Source: Selaginella moellendorffii
Lineage: Eukaryota; Plantae; Lycopodiophyta
Assembly (NCBI RefSeq): GCF_000143415.4
Contig: NW_003314274.1
Coordinates: 2,276,623 to 2,340,622, forward strand
Length of the DNA stretch: 64,000 nt
Direction: 5' to 3'
Part shown: piece after piece, positions 24,346-35,145 of the stretch
Numbering within the stretch: the stretch's first letter is position 1
Layout of the letters: every line of letters begins with the position of its first letter
Translations under genes and position numbers: made by a program
Notes under the pieces: model-generated
The model's input: only the letters and a program-made list of their open reading frames with translations
The model's database searches: none
What the model was told of the DNA's origin: nothing

Positions 24346-26126
24346 GTCTGCCCCTTAAAAACCATTAGCGTTTTAGGAGTATAATTAAATGATTTTTTTT
24401 TCTAAGCTACTTAGCAGCATTCAAATTTCTTGAAAGGGTACAATGATTCATCAAATCACTATTAGAACTGCATAGACATCATTTCATTTGAGTTGGCTAC
24501 TGAAGCATTATAAGACTTTATAAATAATCTATGAATGAATGAATGAAGAGATCTTTCACAATATGAAGAAAAATTGTGGCAATTGTGAACTGAGTTAAGT
24601 ATTTTCTTAAGGCTAGGGTTAGAAAAGTGATCTTAGAAATATTTGGCACAATCATAATAAAAAATTTAATTAAGTAGGGATAGATCAATTGGGAGAGTGT
24701 TAGATTGAAGTGTGTTTGATCCATGCTCACGTAAAAAATACAAAATTGGTGTTATTCTATTATGTTTAATGATGAAATATTATTTTTTACATTTTATTTG
24801 AAAATTTAATATTTTTTAAAAACAATTGCATAAAAACCCCTCAACGTTTTTATATTTACAAATATGCACATTCGAAGTTTTAAAATTTCAACTTTTTGAA
24901 TTTTGAATAAAAAAAGTTTTAGATAATGCAAAATATCAATAAGAAATTCATAATAAGTTTAAAAACTTTAAATTAATGTCATGAATAGGCATCAATTATG
25001 ACCATATCAACCACCCCACAATGAAATTATTTTATATCTTTCTTAAGAATTTAGTATAAATACAATTCCTTTCTAGATAGAAATCTATGGCACCAGCATA
25101 CCATATATTTGCAAATGTTCAACATCAATAGGATAAAACACACCCATATATATTTTGCAATACAAATTAAACAAATAATACATGTTAGCATAAGCTTCTT
25201 CCTCCATAAGATTTCATTAGTTATATATGCATAAGGCAATCTATTTTTTTAAAATTCAAAGCATAACTAATACCATGCTAATATGTTCACCACATGAGTG
25301 TAGTCTTATGTCTATATTTTGAATATACTAGGATTCAAGGGCATAATAATATAGTAACGAGCTTGAGAAATCACATCATAAAAAAGTTTTTCCGCATTGT
25401 TCACTAACTTTAGTTACACCACTTTTGCCATATGCTTCATCACATTTTAATTGGTGCTGAAAAAATCAATTGATAACTTTGCATTGAATGTGCTCAACAT
25501 TTTGAAATGTTGGAAGGACTAAATTCAAGTATCATTATTTTCAACATTAATTGTGCCAAATGCAAGAGGGAATAATAAGTGTTCAACATTCAAACAAGCA
25601 TGCATCTTATGTATTTCGACTTTAAATGTGTATCAAGATTGCTCAAAAGTTTACAATGCACAGAACTAATGAAATTAACACCATATAGGATAAATAGGCT
25701 TTTAAAAGTAAAACTTTCATGGTTATCTAAATTGCTTGAAAAGAAAATTTCCATATAAGTAAACTGTATCATGTCTTGAATTTCTCTTCTCTTTTCCTCT
25801 CTGAGCAACAAAATAAAAAACATCATACTTTTGATGCATTTCAGTTATCATGCTTTTTGGACATTATTTAATTCATCCCTCACTCATTGTTTGAAATTAT
25901 TTATGATCCAATGCTACCATCTTGATCAAGCAAAACATATTTTTGTCAACAAGAGAAGGATGAAGTTTCTATAGACACTTTGGATTGAATTGTGCATCAT
26001 TTTCACTCTACAATCAATTCAAAATACCTAATAATAACTACTGCCATTTTTAGCTCGTTCCGGTATGAAGTTTAAATGATTTCCACCAAATTTGGGGGGA
26101 TTTTAAATAGCAATAACAACCAGTGT

Positions 26127-27040
26127 CAGCTGACATTGGAAAAGTATCCTGGGTCCTTGAGATAGACGAAAAACACTGGGAAGAAAATCAACGATGGCTC
26201 TCGGGTCGTCGATGAGGTAGACTGCCGTGATCGACTTCCCGGCAAGCGATTATGAGAACCGGGAACCAGTCGCCCAGAGCTGCCGAGTGGACGTCCTCAG
26301 TGAGGAAAAATCGAGGTGTGACGAGGTAGACGAGAGCGAGGGACAGCAGCGGTCTTTTGTTCTGCCTCCAAACTCGATGGAGAAGCTCACTCAGCGTTGA
26401 GGCGTGGAATTTGGTGAAGTTCCTCCTGGATGGGAAGAGTGGTGACGAGGCAGATCACTGCAGGTGATGAAGAAGACGTTGGCGCTGCTGCGAAGGCCGT
26501 CGGATTTGGAACGCAATGCGGCCTTGGTCACGACTCGCACTAGAACTCCTGCTGTTAAAGAAAAATGATGAACTTGTGAGAATGCGGATGAATGAGCTCA
26601 AACGAAGAGGTTGCAAAGAAGAAATCCTAAAACACAGTCACACAAGGCCACTCGAACAAGAATGAATAGAAGAATAGATCGAAGTAACAAGGAAGAAGAA
26701 AGACACAAATCTCAAACAGTAGAGTGAAAACGATCTAGCGAATCCTATGACAAAGAATGGCGATGAAACAAAAGCAAAGCCAAGCGAAACAAGAATGACT
26801 AGAAGAATAGATCGAAGAAACAAAGGACTAGATGCAAATTTCAAACAGTAGAGTGAAAACGATCTAGCGAGCATGGCAAAGAATGGCGATGAAACAAAAC
26901 GATCTAGATCGATAGAGTTACCCAGCAGTGTCGGCAACGAGCGCTTGCATGTAGCGCTGAGGTCCCCCGCCGATCACCAGGCTGCCCTGGACGACAGCAT
27001 CGGCGAGCCCAGTAGCAGCGATTGTAATGCGCTGGACGGT
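26127..27040 (-). pseudogene. Deleted duplicate of the ENT nucleoside transporter gene
   Basis: Blocks collinear with 31010-31975, including the repetitive intron, with many short deletions. Confidence 0.88.
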
Positions 27041-28333
27041 GAAACAGCTTGACAAAGTCCTGAAAACTCCAGTTTTGACTGAAAGGAAGTGTTTGCGAAG
27101 CGTTTCTGCAGGAAAGATTTATTTGCAGTGTTGTATATGTAAACACTGGACAAAATGTGGACTGAGTGTCGGAGTCGGCTACTCTGATCAAGAACAAAAA
27201 GGAGAGATTTTAGCTCTTTGACAAGGTAGAGAACAAAACAATTTAATTTGCCAAAAGTTATTTGCTTACTTGGAGAACCACTTTGCCTGCTCTCTCCGTG
27301 TGAGCTTTCGAATTCATCCAAGCAGAAAGCTTCTCCGACTGGGATCTTGACGCGTCGTACCTCTTTCGCAAGCCGAGCTATTTGTTCCAGGCCTTCGGCA
27401 TCCGTCCTCATGATTAACCAAGAGTAGTCTGCGCAGGCTCCAATGTTAAAACGTATGCTGAGGAGAGATCAAGCTTTACCAATGCCATGCGACTGAGTGT
27501 ACTGCATTCGCTTCCGCAAGAGCGTCGCTGTCGCAATGCCGCCTCCAACAATGAGGCCGTATTTGTCTGCCAGTTTCACCGCTTCTCCCTGCGACGAGTG
27601 CTTCGTTTGAGCACAAGACATTATCTAAGGAGAGAGTGTAAGCGTTTACCTGTAGCGTCATCTAGTGCTTCAAGAGCTTTACTCCAAGTGCTTCCGTGGC
27701 CTGCACACCAATTGTGTCAAGCACAGCATCGAATCACCAGGTAAGTTGTGTTCTGGAACGTAGAAGTTTTTCGAAAGGTTTGTACTAACGGTGGATGGTA
27801 CCTCGGAAAGTCCGAGGACACGTCCATAGCTTGTAGTTCCTCAGCGCCAGATTCCTCGGCGGGACTGCAACTTCGTTTGCCACAAGTGGCAGCAACCGAG
27901 CAGCCAGTAGCTAGAGCGAGCTGAATGACCGCTAAAGCCCACCGCCCCTCCCAGCCCATTATCAGCACCTTCTGCCTGCATCCAAAGTCTAAGATTGCGA
28001 CTGCAACAACCATATCACAGACAAAAAACCTCTGCTCTCTCATTCATGGTACACGCAGAACGTTTACTCGCTCTTCATTCTGGCAGTGCTGCGGCAAAGG
28101 GAATGGCAGCTGCTTCCTGGAACAAAGACACAGCAGTGCTTAGTTTTGACGAGACAAACAAGTGCAAAGTGAAACAAGCAAGAAGAAGTTGGAAAGAACG
28201 AGAAAGAAACAGCAAGAAGAAAACGGAACAACGAAACACGAGATACTTGGAACGCAGAGAAACGAACAAAGGAAAGAAAGAAAAAAGGCACATACCACAT
28301 GAGTGAGTTGAGGACAAGCTGTTCCTCTTGGAG
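27041..28333 (-). pseudogene. Deleted duplicate of the orphan-ORF tail and RTN4IP1-like oxidoreductase (5' exons missing)
   Basis: 27370-27615 is almost identical to 33488-33735; EAAAIPFAA and QKVLIMG exons present with deletions; similarity ends at about 28333. Confidence 0.88.
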
Positions 28334-28902
28334 CATAGAAGACATATGGAAAACATATGGAAGTTAAAAATGCATGTACTATGGACAGATAGATCTATGT
28401 CAATGGATATGATAATGAAAACACGAATGTGGCATCCCCAGAAATGCAAGAAAATAGAAACTAGAAAACACTTACTGGATGGCGTAGCGGATTACTTCGA
28501 TTATGCTACCCCGCCAATCTTCTGCCACAATAAAAGTCCGATCAATCTCATTGCTGCCCCTGCTTACATTCCATCGCGATCGCCTTGCCCTCGCTTGCCG
28601 AAGAAGCCCCGTGACTTTGCCCTAACTATCGACGATCAAATTTGGCTACACGTGGACGGCTGTCAGGCTTTCTTCCTTCCTTCGTTGTTGCGAAGATTTA
28701 TAGTAGCTCTTGCATTGTCCAAAGCTCTGTGTAGAGGCTAGGGCAACGCTGGGGCGAGACCGTGCGCGATACCGTGACAGGGCGAGGATATTTCGATCGA
28801 ATGCGGGTGATCGCGAGCTCGGCTCTTTAGTTTTTCGAGGTGAAAGAACTGTGCTTTTGCAAGCGATGGCAAGTTCTAGTCTTCCTTTGCCGCAGGGAAA
28901 CC

Positions 28903-29598
28903 ATGACTCCATGGTGCTGCTGCTGGCCGCGGGAGAAGAAAGCTCCTTCCGAGGAGCAGGGACCTCCGCCCAATGCACACGACGATGCCGCCGTGGATCC
29001 GGAGGAGAAGCAGCCAAGCGCTATGCGGCTCGACGAAAATGCGGTCTCTTTCGGTGTCTCTGGCGCTCATTGTGACCGCACCTTTGTTGCAGGATCGAAA
29101 GCGGCTGCCCACCACCAGGTAAACTCTCGATGATCACAACGCTAGTATGGTATGATTTCTTTCTAGCAGCCCTGATAGTTTCGCACTGTGTACCAGGCCG
29201 ATCACGAGGTAACTCGGGTCTTCGTTGCCATATACACCACACTCGACGAGCGCGACCACTGGGCAATCTGGCTCCAAGATGCCCAAGGGAATCCCACGAT
29301 CCTTCAGATTGAAGACGATTGTGGCAACCGAGGCTACTACGTTGCTCAGCCCGTCTACAAGCGACCGGATCGATCGGCGAGGCTTCTGGAGGCTCTGGAG
29401 TGCGGGGAGATCGATGCAATCCATCACGAGATGGCTGTGGCGACCATCCAAGGAGAGCCTGTGGATAACGAGAGCGAGACGTGGAATTGCCAGGCTTAGA
29501 TTGAGGAGGCGCTCCACACCCTCGCTAAACGAGGATTCATCCGGCTGGTTCCAGGCGCTTTGGACGAGCTCAAGGCACGGAGGCAATACTGGCAGTGA
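28903..29598 (+). pseudogene. Fungal-type HW...NCQxW (DUF6540-like, permuted papain-fold) protein with a premature stop; possible 5' exon 28903-29118
   Basis: VFVAIY...DHWAIWLQD...ILQIEDD...VDNESETWNCQA*IEEALHTL...RRQYWQ*; TAG at 29497-29499 sits where the conserved Trp (TGG) is expected and the frame stays open to 29598; candidate 60-nt GT-AG intron 29119-29178. Confidence 0.6.
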
Positions 29599-29720
29599 CC
29601 GAATATTCAAGCCATTTGAACGAGAATTCCGTTAGTAAATATTCCTGAATATGCTTTAAGACCTTTTCTGTTAAGCTTAAATGGATGTGCGTTGACCAAA
29701 GGATAATTAGGGCTTCGGAC

Positions 29721-30591
29721 ATGAGCTATCCGGCGCCATTCGTTCGCGACGCTACCGCCGAGCACAGGCACACGGTCATCCTTCTCCACGGGCGTGGAAG
29801 CAGTGGCAGCGAGCTCGCCGAGGAGCTGGAGGAGACGCTGGGCTCGGGCAGCGCCAACCTCTTCCAGCGCTTCCCGGGCGTGCGCTGGGTGTTCCCGAGC
29901 GCGCGCCCCCGCTGGTCGAGCGTCTTCGTGGTTTGACGCGCCATCGCTGTGCGATATAGGCTATAAGCAGCACCTCCAGGTCGAGGGCCTGCGCCAGTCG
30001 GTCGACTTCCTGCTGCGCGTGATCGAGGAGGAGATCGATCGCGTCGGGAGCGCGAGCAAGGTGGTGCTGGGCGGGATCAGTCAGGGGCAAGCAACGGCCT
30101 TGCACGCGCTAGTCTGTGGGCGACACAGGCTGGGAGCGTTTGTGGGCGCCAGTGGATGGCTTCCCTTCGCTGACAAGATTGAAGAGGTTCTGGCCGATCA
30201 TGATCAAGGGGAGGACGCGGACCCGAGGCCGATCGCAATCAAGCGCGTGTCCGAGTTCTTGCGAGGCGAGCTCGGTCTAGAGGTTGAGGATTTGGGCGAT
30301 TCGTTTACGAGTTTGCGGGCCACGCCGGTGTTCTTGGGCCACGGTACGGATGACAACCTGATCGAGTTGGATCTGGGAAAGCAGGCCCGTGATCTGCTGA
30401 CCAGGATGGGGATCGAGTTGGTTCTGGGAAAGCAGGCCCGTGACATCCTGACCGGGATGTGGATGAGCGTTGCGGGGAAGGAGTAGGAGGGCGCGGATCA
30501 AGACGGCCATTGGATCAACGAGCCGGAGCAAGTTGATGACACCGTAGCGTCCTTGAGTGATGCGCTCGAGGACATTGTCAAACAAGACTAG
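29721..30591 (+). pseudogene. Fungal-type phospholipase/carboxylesterase (acyl-protein thioesterase-like alpha/beta hydrolase), intronless, disrupted
   Basis: HTVILLHGRGS, RWVFPSA, WFD, GGISQG (Ser), TPVFLGHGTDD (Asp), KE*EGADQDGHWINEPEQVDD (His); frameshift near 29930, 51-bp in-frame duplication 30361-30462, TAG at 30484-30486. Confidence 0.82.
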
Positions 30592-30660
30592 CTCACGCCA
30601 AAGGTTGAATCTTAGTCAATTGAAAATTCATTAACTACCAACGTAATGAAGTAATTATAA

Positions 30661-30665
30661 GCGGG

Positions 30666-30706
<41 letters not shown>

Positions 30707-30733
30707 CCGCGTGTTCGATCCACGCTCACCGCA
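30661..30733 (+). tRNA. trnF-GAA: tRNA-Phe (GAA), cytosolic plant type
   Basis: GCGGGGATAGCTCAGTTGGGAGAGCGTCAGACTGAAGATCTGAAGGCCGCGTGTTCGATCCACGCTCACCGCA; full cloverleaf, A and B boxes. Confidence 0.96.
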
Positions 30734-30827
30734 TTCCTATTGTTCTCCTTATTCATCTTTGATCACTGGAAATTATATTTGGAGAATCAACGTTGTGCAT
30801 TGTATTGAGAAATAATGTACATACAAA

Positions 30828-32312
30828 TCATAGCACCCAAACCCATCCTACTATAGAGCCAAGGGAGAGTCCGGCCACGAGGAACACAACCAGTAAGATC
30901 CCAGTCGTCTCGGACTCCTCCACGGGCACGAGCTTTGGTGCCTTGATCATGATCGCGCTCGTGTAGTATCCATTTGTGATCCCCAGCAGCGCTGACACCA
31001 AGAACACCGGAACCTCGGTGCCAAGTATCCTGGGTCCATGGAGACAGACGAAAAACACTGGGAAGAAGATCAGCCTCGCGATGCAGCCACCAACGATGGC
31101 TTTCGGGTCGTCGATGAGGTAGACCGCCGTGATCGACTTCCCGAGGAGGTCGCAAACGTTGTAGCAAGCGATGATGAGAACCGGGAACCAGTCGCCCAGA
31201 GCCGCCGAGTGGACGTCCTCGGTGAGGGAGCCGGGAAAGATCGAGAGTGTGATGAGGTAGACGAGAGCGAGAGACAGCAGCAGTCCTTTGTTCTGGCTCC
31301 AAACCCGATGGAAGCTCACTCGTCGATGAGGTGTGGAATCGGCTAGGAGAAGTGAGTCCGAGTCTTCCTCTTGCCGTGCTACTTTGGTGGAGTTCTTCTT
31401 GAGGTGGTAGCGGATGACGGGAAGAGTGGTGACAAGGTTGTAGGAGACGAGGCAGATCACCATGAAGATGACGGTAGTGATGAAGTAGACGTTCGCACTG
31501 CTGCGAAGGCCGTCGGGTGTGGAAGGCAATGCGGCCTTGGTCACGACTCGCAGGAACGAAACTAGAACACCTGTTTGCGATAACTTGTGAGAGTGTGAAG
31601 CAAGTTGCAAAGAAGAAATCGTAAAACACAGTCACACAAGGAGAATGAATAGAAGCATAGATCGAAGTAAAGGAAGAAGAAAGACACAAATCTCAGACAG
31701 AAGAATAGTGATGAAACAAAAGAGCAAAACAAGAATGCATAGAAGAATAGATAGAAGAAAGAAAGGACTAGACGCAAATCTCAAACAGTAGAGTGACAAC
31801 GATCTAGCGAACACTATGGCAGACTTACCCGACGCAGCAGTGCCGGCAACGAGCGCTTGCATGTAGCGCTCCGGTAGCTCCCCCGCCGATCCCACAAGGC
31901 TGCCCTGGACGAGGGCATCGGCGAGCCCCGTGACTCCAGTAGCAGCGATTGTGATGTAATGCGTGGCGCTGGACGGCTTGCTCACGCTCTCGTCCATGAT
32001 TGGAACGATGAGCATCATGAGGAGGAAAAGGACAAGGCCCAGATTGATCCGGATCCGCGGCTCGATGGCGCCGGCCTTGAATGTGAGGTAGAGCAGCAGC
32101 AGGAGGGCCGGGAACATGTAGAAGATCGAGAATACCCGATCGATGTGCGTGCCAGGGTAAAGGAAATCGAAATAATCCACCGCTGTGATGAAGGCGTTCC
32201 ACGGGAGGAGGAATCCGGCGCCAAGGATGAAGAAGCTGATGTAGGCAAGCTTGAAGTGATCGCGCGGCTCCTTCTCATCCTGGAAATCCAGCTTCTCCTC
32301 GTCGTTCTCCAT
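30828..32312 (-). CDS. ENT1: Equilibrative nucleoside transporter (ENT1-like), 2 exons
   Basis: LAYISFFILGAGFLLPWNAFITAVDYF, LVQGSLVGSAGELPERYMQALVAGTAASG|VLVSFLRVVTKA, TLSIFPG, LLGITNGY; intron approx 31572-31828. Confidence 0.92.
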
Positions 32313-32383
32313 CGCGTCAGACGACCTCTTGGAAGAACCCTAAAATCTGGGATCTAGGGCTTTGAAAAAATTATATTTTGGCT

Positions 32384-33106
32384 ATGAAGAGGAGGGCCCC
32401 AACGGCGTCGTGCGGCGCCAGGCGCGCAATCACTCCGGGTAAGAAATTCGTGGCCGCTGCAAATGACGCACAGCCAAATCCCGTCACGCCGCCCCTCCAG
32501 CAATCGACATCGCCCGAAATGCCGCTGCCAGAGACTGGATCCAAGCGGAGGAGGATGAAATTGGGGGCTGCGAGCAGGGATTCTACCGCTTCGTCTAGCC
32601 GATCGATTTCTTCCAGCGAAGTGGTTTACGGGAGCCCCGTGATGGGCCTGGCAGTGGGGCGTTTCAGAGATCGGCGCAAGACCAGGCCAACGGCCATTCT
32701 CACCACGATCGATGGGAACGATTGTTTGACTTTGAGGCCTGCCATGGCGTCCGTCCGCTGGCTGAGCTCCTCCACCCTGGACAGGAGCTCCTCCAGGGAT
32801 GGCAGTGGCGACAAAGAGAATGAGACTAGCTTTGAGTTTCCATTGGCCGGAGGTGAGGGAGGAGGATCGATCGAGCAAGCTGACAATCTTTCTCCAGAAA
32901 CTCTGGAGGAGACAAACGTTTTTCCCGGGACTCTGGAGGAGACAAACGTAACTCTGGAGGAGAATCTCTCGAGAAACAGCTCGACAAAGTCCTGGAAAAC
33001 TCCACTATTAACTCTTCCAGGAACTCTGGAGGAGAATCTCTCGAGAAACAGCTTGACAAAGTCCTGGAAAAAGCCACTTTTAACTTCTCCAGAAGAGAAT
33101 CTCTAG
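32384..33106 (+). CDS. Orphan Ser/Arg-rich ORF with tandem C-terminal repeats
   Basis: About 240-codon ORF divergent from ENT, telo-like motifs upstream, basic KRRRMK stretch; no recognisable domain. Confidence 0.45.
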   Translation: MKRRAPTASCGARRAITPGKKFVAAANDAQPNPVTPPLQQSTSPEMPLPETGSKRRRMKLGAASRDSTASSSRSISSSEVVYGSPVMGLAVGRFRDRRKTRPTAILTTIDGNDCLTLRPAMASVRWLSSSTLDRSSSRDGSGDKENETSFEFPLAGGEGGGSIEQADNLSPETLEETNVFPGTLEETNVTLEENLSRNSSTKSWKTPLLTLPGTLEENLSRNSLTKSWKKPLLTSPEENL

Positions 33107-33122
33107 AGAAACAGCTTGACTT
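32899..33122 (+). repeat. Coding minisatellite (actctggaggaga... units)
   Basis: TLEETNV x2, TLEENLSRNS.TKSWK.PLLT x2, plus a third degenerate unit carrying the stop. Confidence 0.8.
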
Positions 33123-33360
33123 TTAACTGAAAGGAAGCGTTGGCGATTTCTGGAAGATGGATTTATTTGCAAAGAACCTGGACGACGAGAGCTCTCTATA
33201 CGTAAACTCTGGACAAAATGTACAAACTGCTGGGGCTGAGCGTCGGAGTCGACTACTCTGATCAAGAAAAAAAACACATGAAGAGATTTTAGAGCTCTGA
33301 CAAGGTAGAGAACAAAACAATTTACCTTGTGTAAGTGCATTATTTGGAAAAATCCTTTGC

Positions 33361-34949
33361 TTACTCCTGCTGGACTTGGAGCACCACTTTGCCCTGTGAA
33401 TCCTTGTTTTCTCTCGCCGTTTGAGCTTTCGCGGCTTCATCCAAACTGAAAGTTTCTCCGACTGGGATCTTGAGGCGTCCTTCTTTCGCAAGCCGAGCTA
33501 TTTGTTCCAGGCCTTCGGCATCCGTCCTCATGATTATCCAAGAGTAGTCTGCGCAGGCTCGAATGTTAAAACGTATGCTGAGGAGAGATCAAGCTTTACC
33601 AATGCCATGCGACTGAGTGTACTGCATTCGCTTCCGCAAGAGCGTCGCTGTCGCAATGCCGCCTCCAACAATGAGGCCGTATTTGTCTGCCAGTTTCACC
33701 GCTTCTCCCTGCGACGAGTGCTTCGTTTGAGCACGAGGAGGCTATAATCTAAAAAGAGATTCACCTGCAGCGTCATGTAGTGACCACCACGCTTCAGCAC
33801 GTTAACTCCAAGTGCTTCTGTGGTCTCCACACCGATTGTGTCAAGTACAGCATCGAATCGCCAGGTAAGTTGCTCTCTTGTGTTCTGGAAGCGTAGACGT
33901 TATTCGAAAGCTTTGTAGTAAAGGTGGATTATACCTCGGAAGTGTAGTCCACGATAAGCTCGGCGCCAGCTTCCCCGACGCGACTACAACTTCGTTTGCC
34001 ACAAGTGGCAGCCACCGAGCAGCCAGCAGCTCGAGCGAGCTGAATGGCTGCTAAGCCGACCGCGCCTCCCCCGCCCATGATCAGCACCTTCTGCCTGCAC
34101 CCCAAAGTCTAAGATTGCAACTGCAACAGCCATATCACAACGAAATGATAAAACCTCTGCTCTCTCATTCATGCTACACGCAGAACGTTTACCCGCTCTT
34201 CATTCTGGCAGTGCTCCACAGTGCTCGCCACGCAGTCAGTGCGGCAAAGGGAATGGCAGCTGCTTCCTGGCACATAGACACAGCAGCGTTTAGTCGACAA
34301 AGCAAACAAGTGCAAAGTCAACAAAGCAAGGAGAAAAACAACGCTAACACGAAGAAACAGCTAGAAAACGGAACAGCGAAGCATGGAACCAAACTTCGCG
34401 AAGAAACAGCAAGAAACCAGCAAAAGGAAAAAAAAAAAAAAAAAAAAACATCACATACCACATGAGTGAGTGACTTTGGCTTGAGGGCAAGCTGTTCCTC
34501 TTGGAGTATCGCGTAGTCACTGTAAGTACCTCGCACAGCAGTCGGATGAAGCGCTCCAAAGACATGCTGGCCTACGTGGAGCCGCTTCACTCCATTGCCG
34601 ATGGCCACAATCTCTCCACTCACATCTCTTCCCAGAACGATTGGAAGAAGAGGCTGGAAAAGAGACCTCCCGTATCCTTCTCTCATCTGTGACAAACAAA
34701 CAGTAGTTAGATAAATTTCTGGTGGAGATTGCTACACGCTCGATCGTTTCTTACCTTGATATCCAGAGGATTCACGCCGGCGGCGACCGTGCGGACAAGC
34801 ACTTCCTCGGCCTCCAAATGCGGCACGGGCACATCCTTGCGCAGCTCCAAGACCTCGGGGCCGCCGAATCGCGGCAGCACGACCGCCCGGCATGTCGAGA
34901 TGCTCCTGCTGTGGCCACGGCAGTAGGGCGAAGCGAGCCAGCGCCTCAT
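33361..34949 (-). CDS. RTN4IP1-like mitochondrial NAD(P)H quinone oxidoreductase (MDR superfamily), spliced
   Basis: RAVVLPRFGGPEVL, GVNPLDIK|MREGYGRSLF, LGRDVSG, EAAAIPFAALTAWRAL, GGGGAVG, FDAVLDTIG, GKVVL; mitochondrial-type presequence. Confidence 0.9.
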
Positions 34950-35145
34950 GAATCGATCGCGCGGAAGAGGAGGAAGAAATTTAGGGTTTATGGCAACTGA
35001 GCAAACAGAGCTAAAAACCCCGTGTCGGGTTTAGGGTTGAGGAGAAGAAAGCGGAGAGAGCGAGATAGGGGGGAAAAAAGAGAGAGCGCGCCGACGATGA
35101 TGGCGATGGCGATGGCGATGGCGCTGTGTGTCGCGGAGATTGGCA

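Noticed and set aside
25590-25826. VHCKLLSNLDTHLKSK, reminiscent of a BED/C2H2 zinc finger of a DNA transposase
   Set aside because: Motif incomplete; no DDE domain or TIRs seen.
30787-31689. 300-aa alternative-frame ORF over ENT exon 2
   Set aside because: Out-of-frame shadow of the ENT coding sequence.
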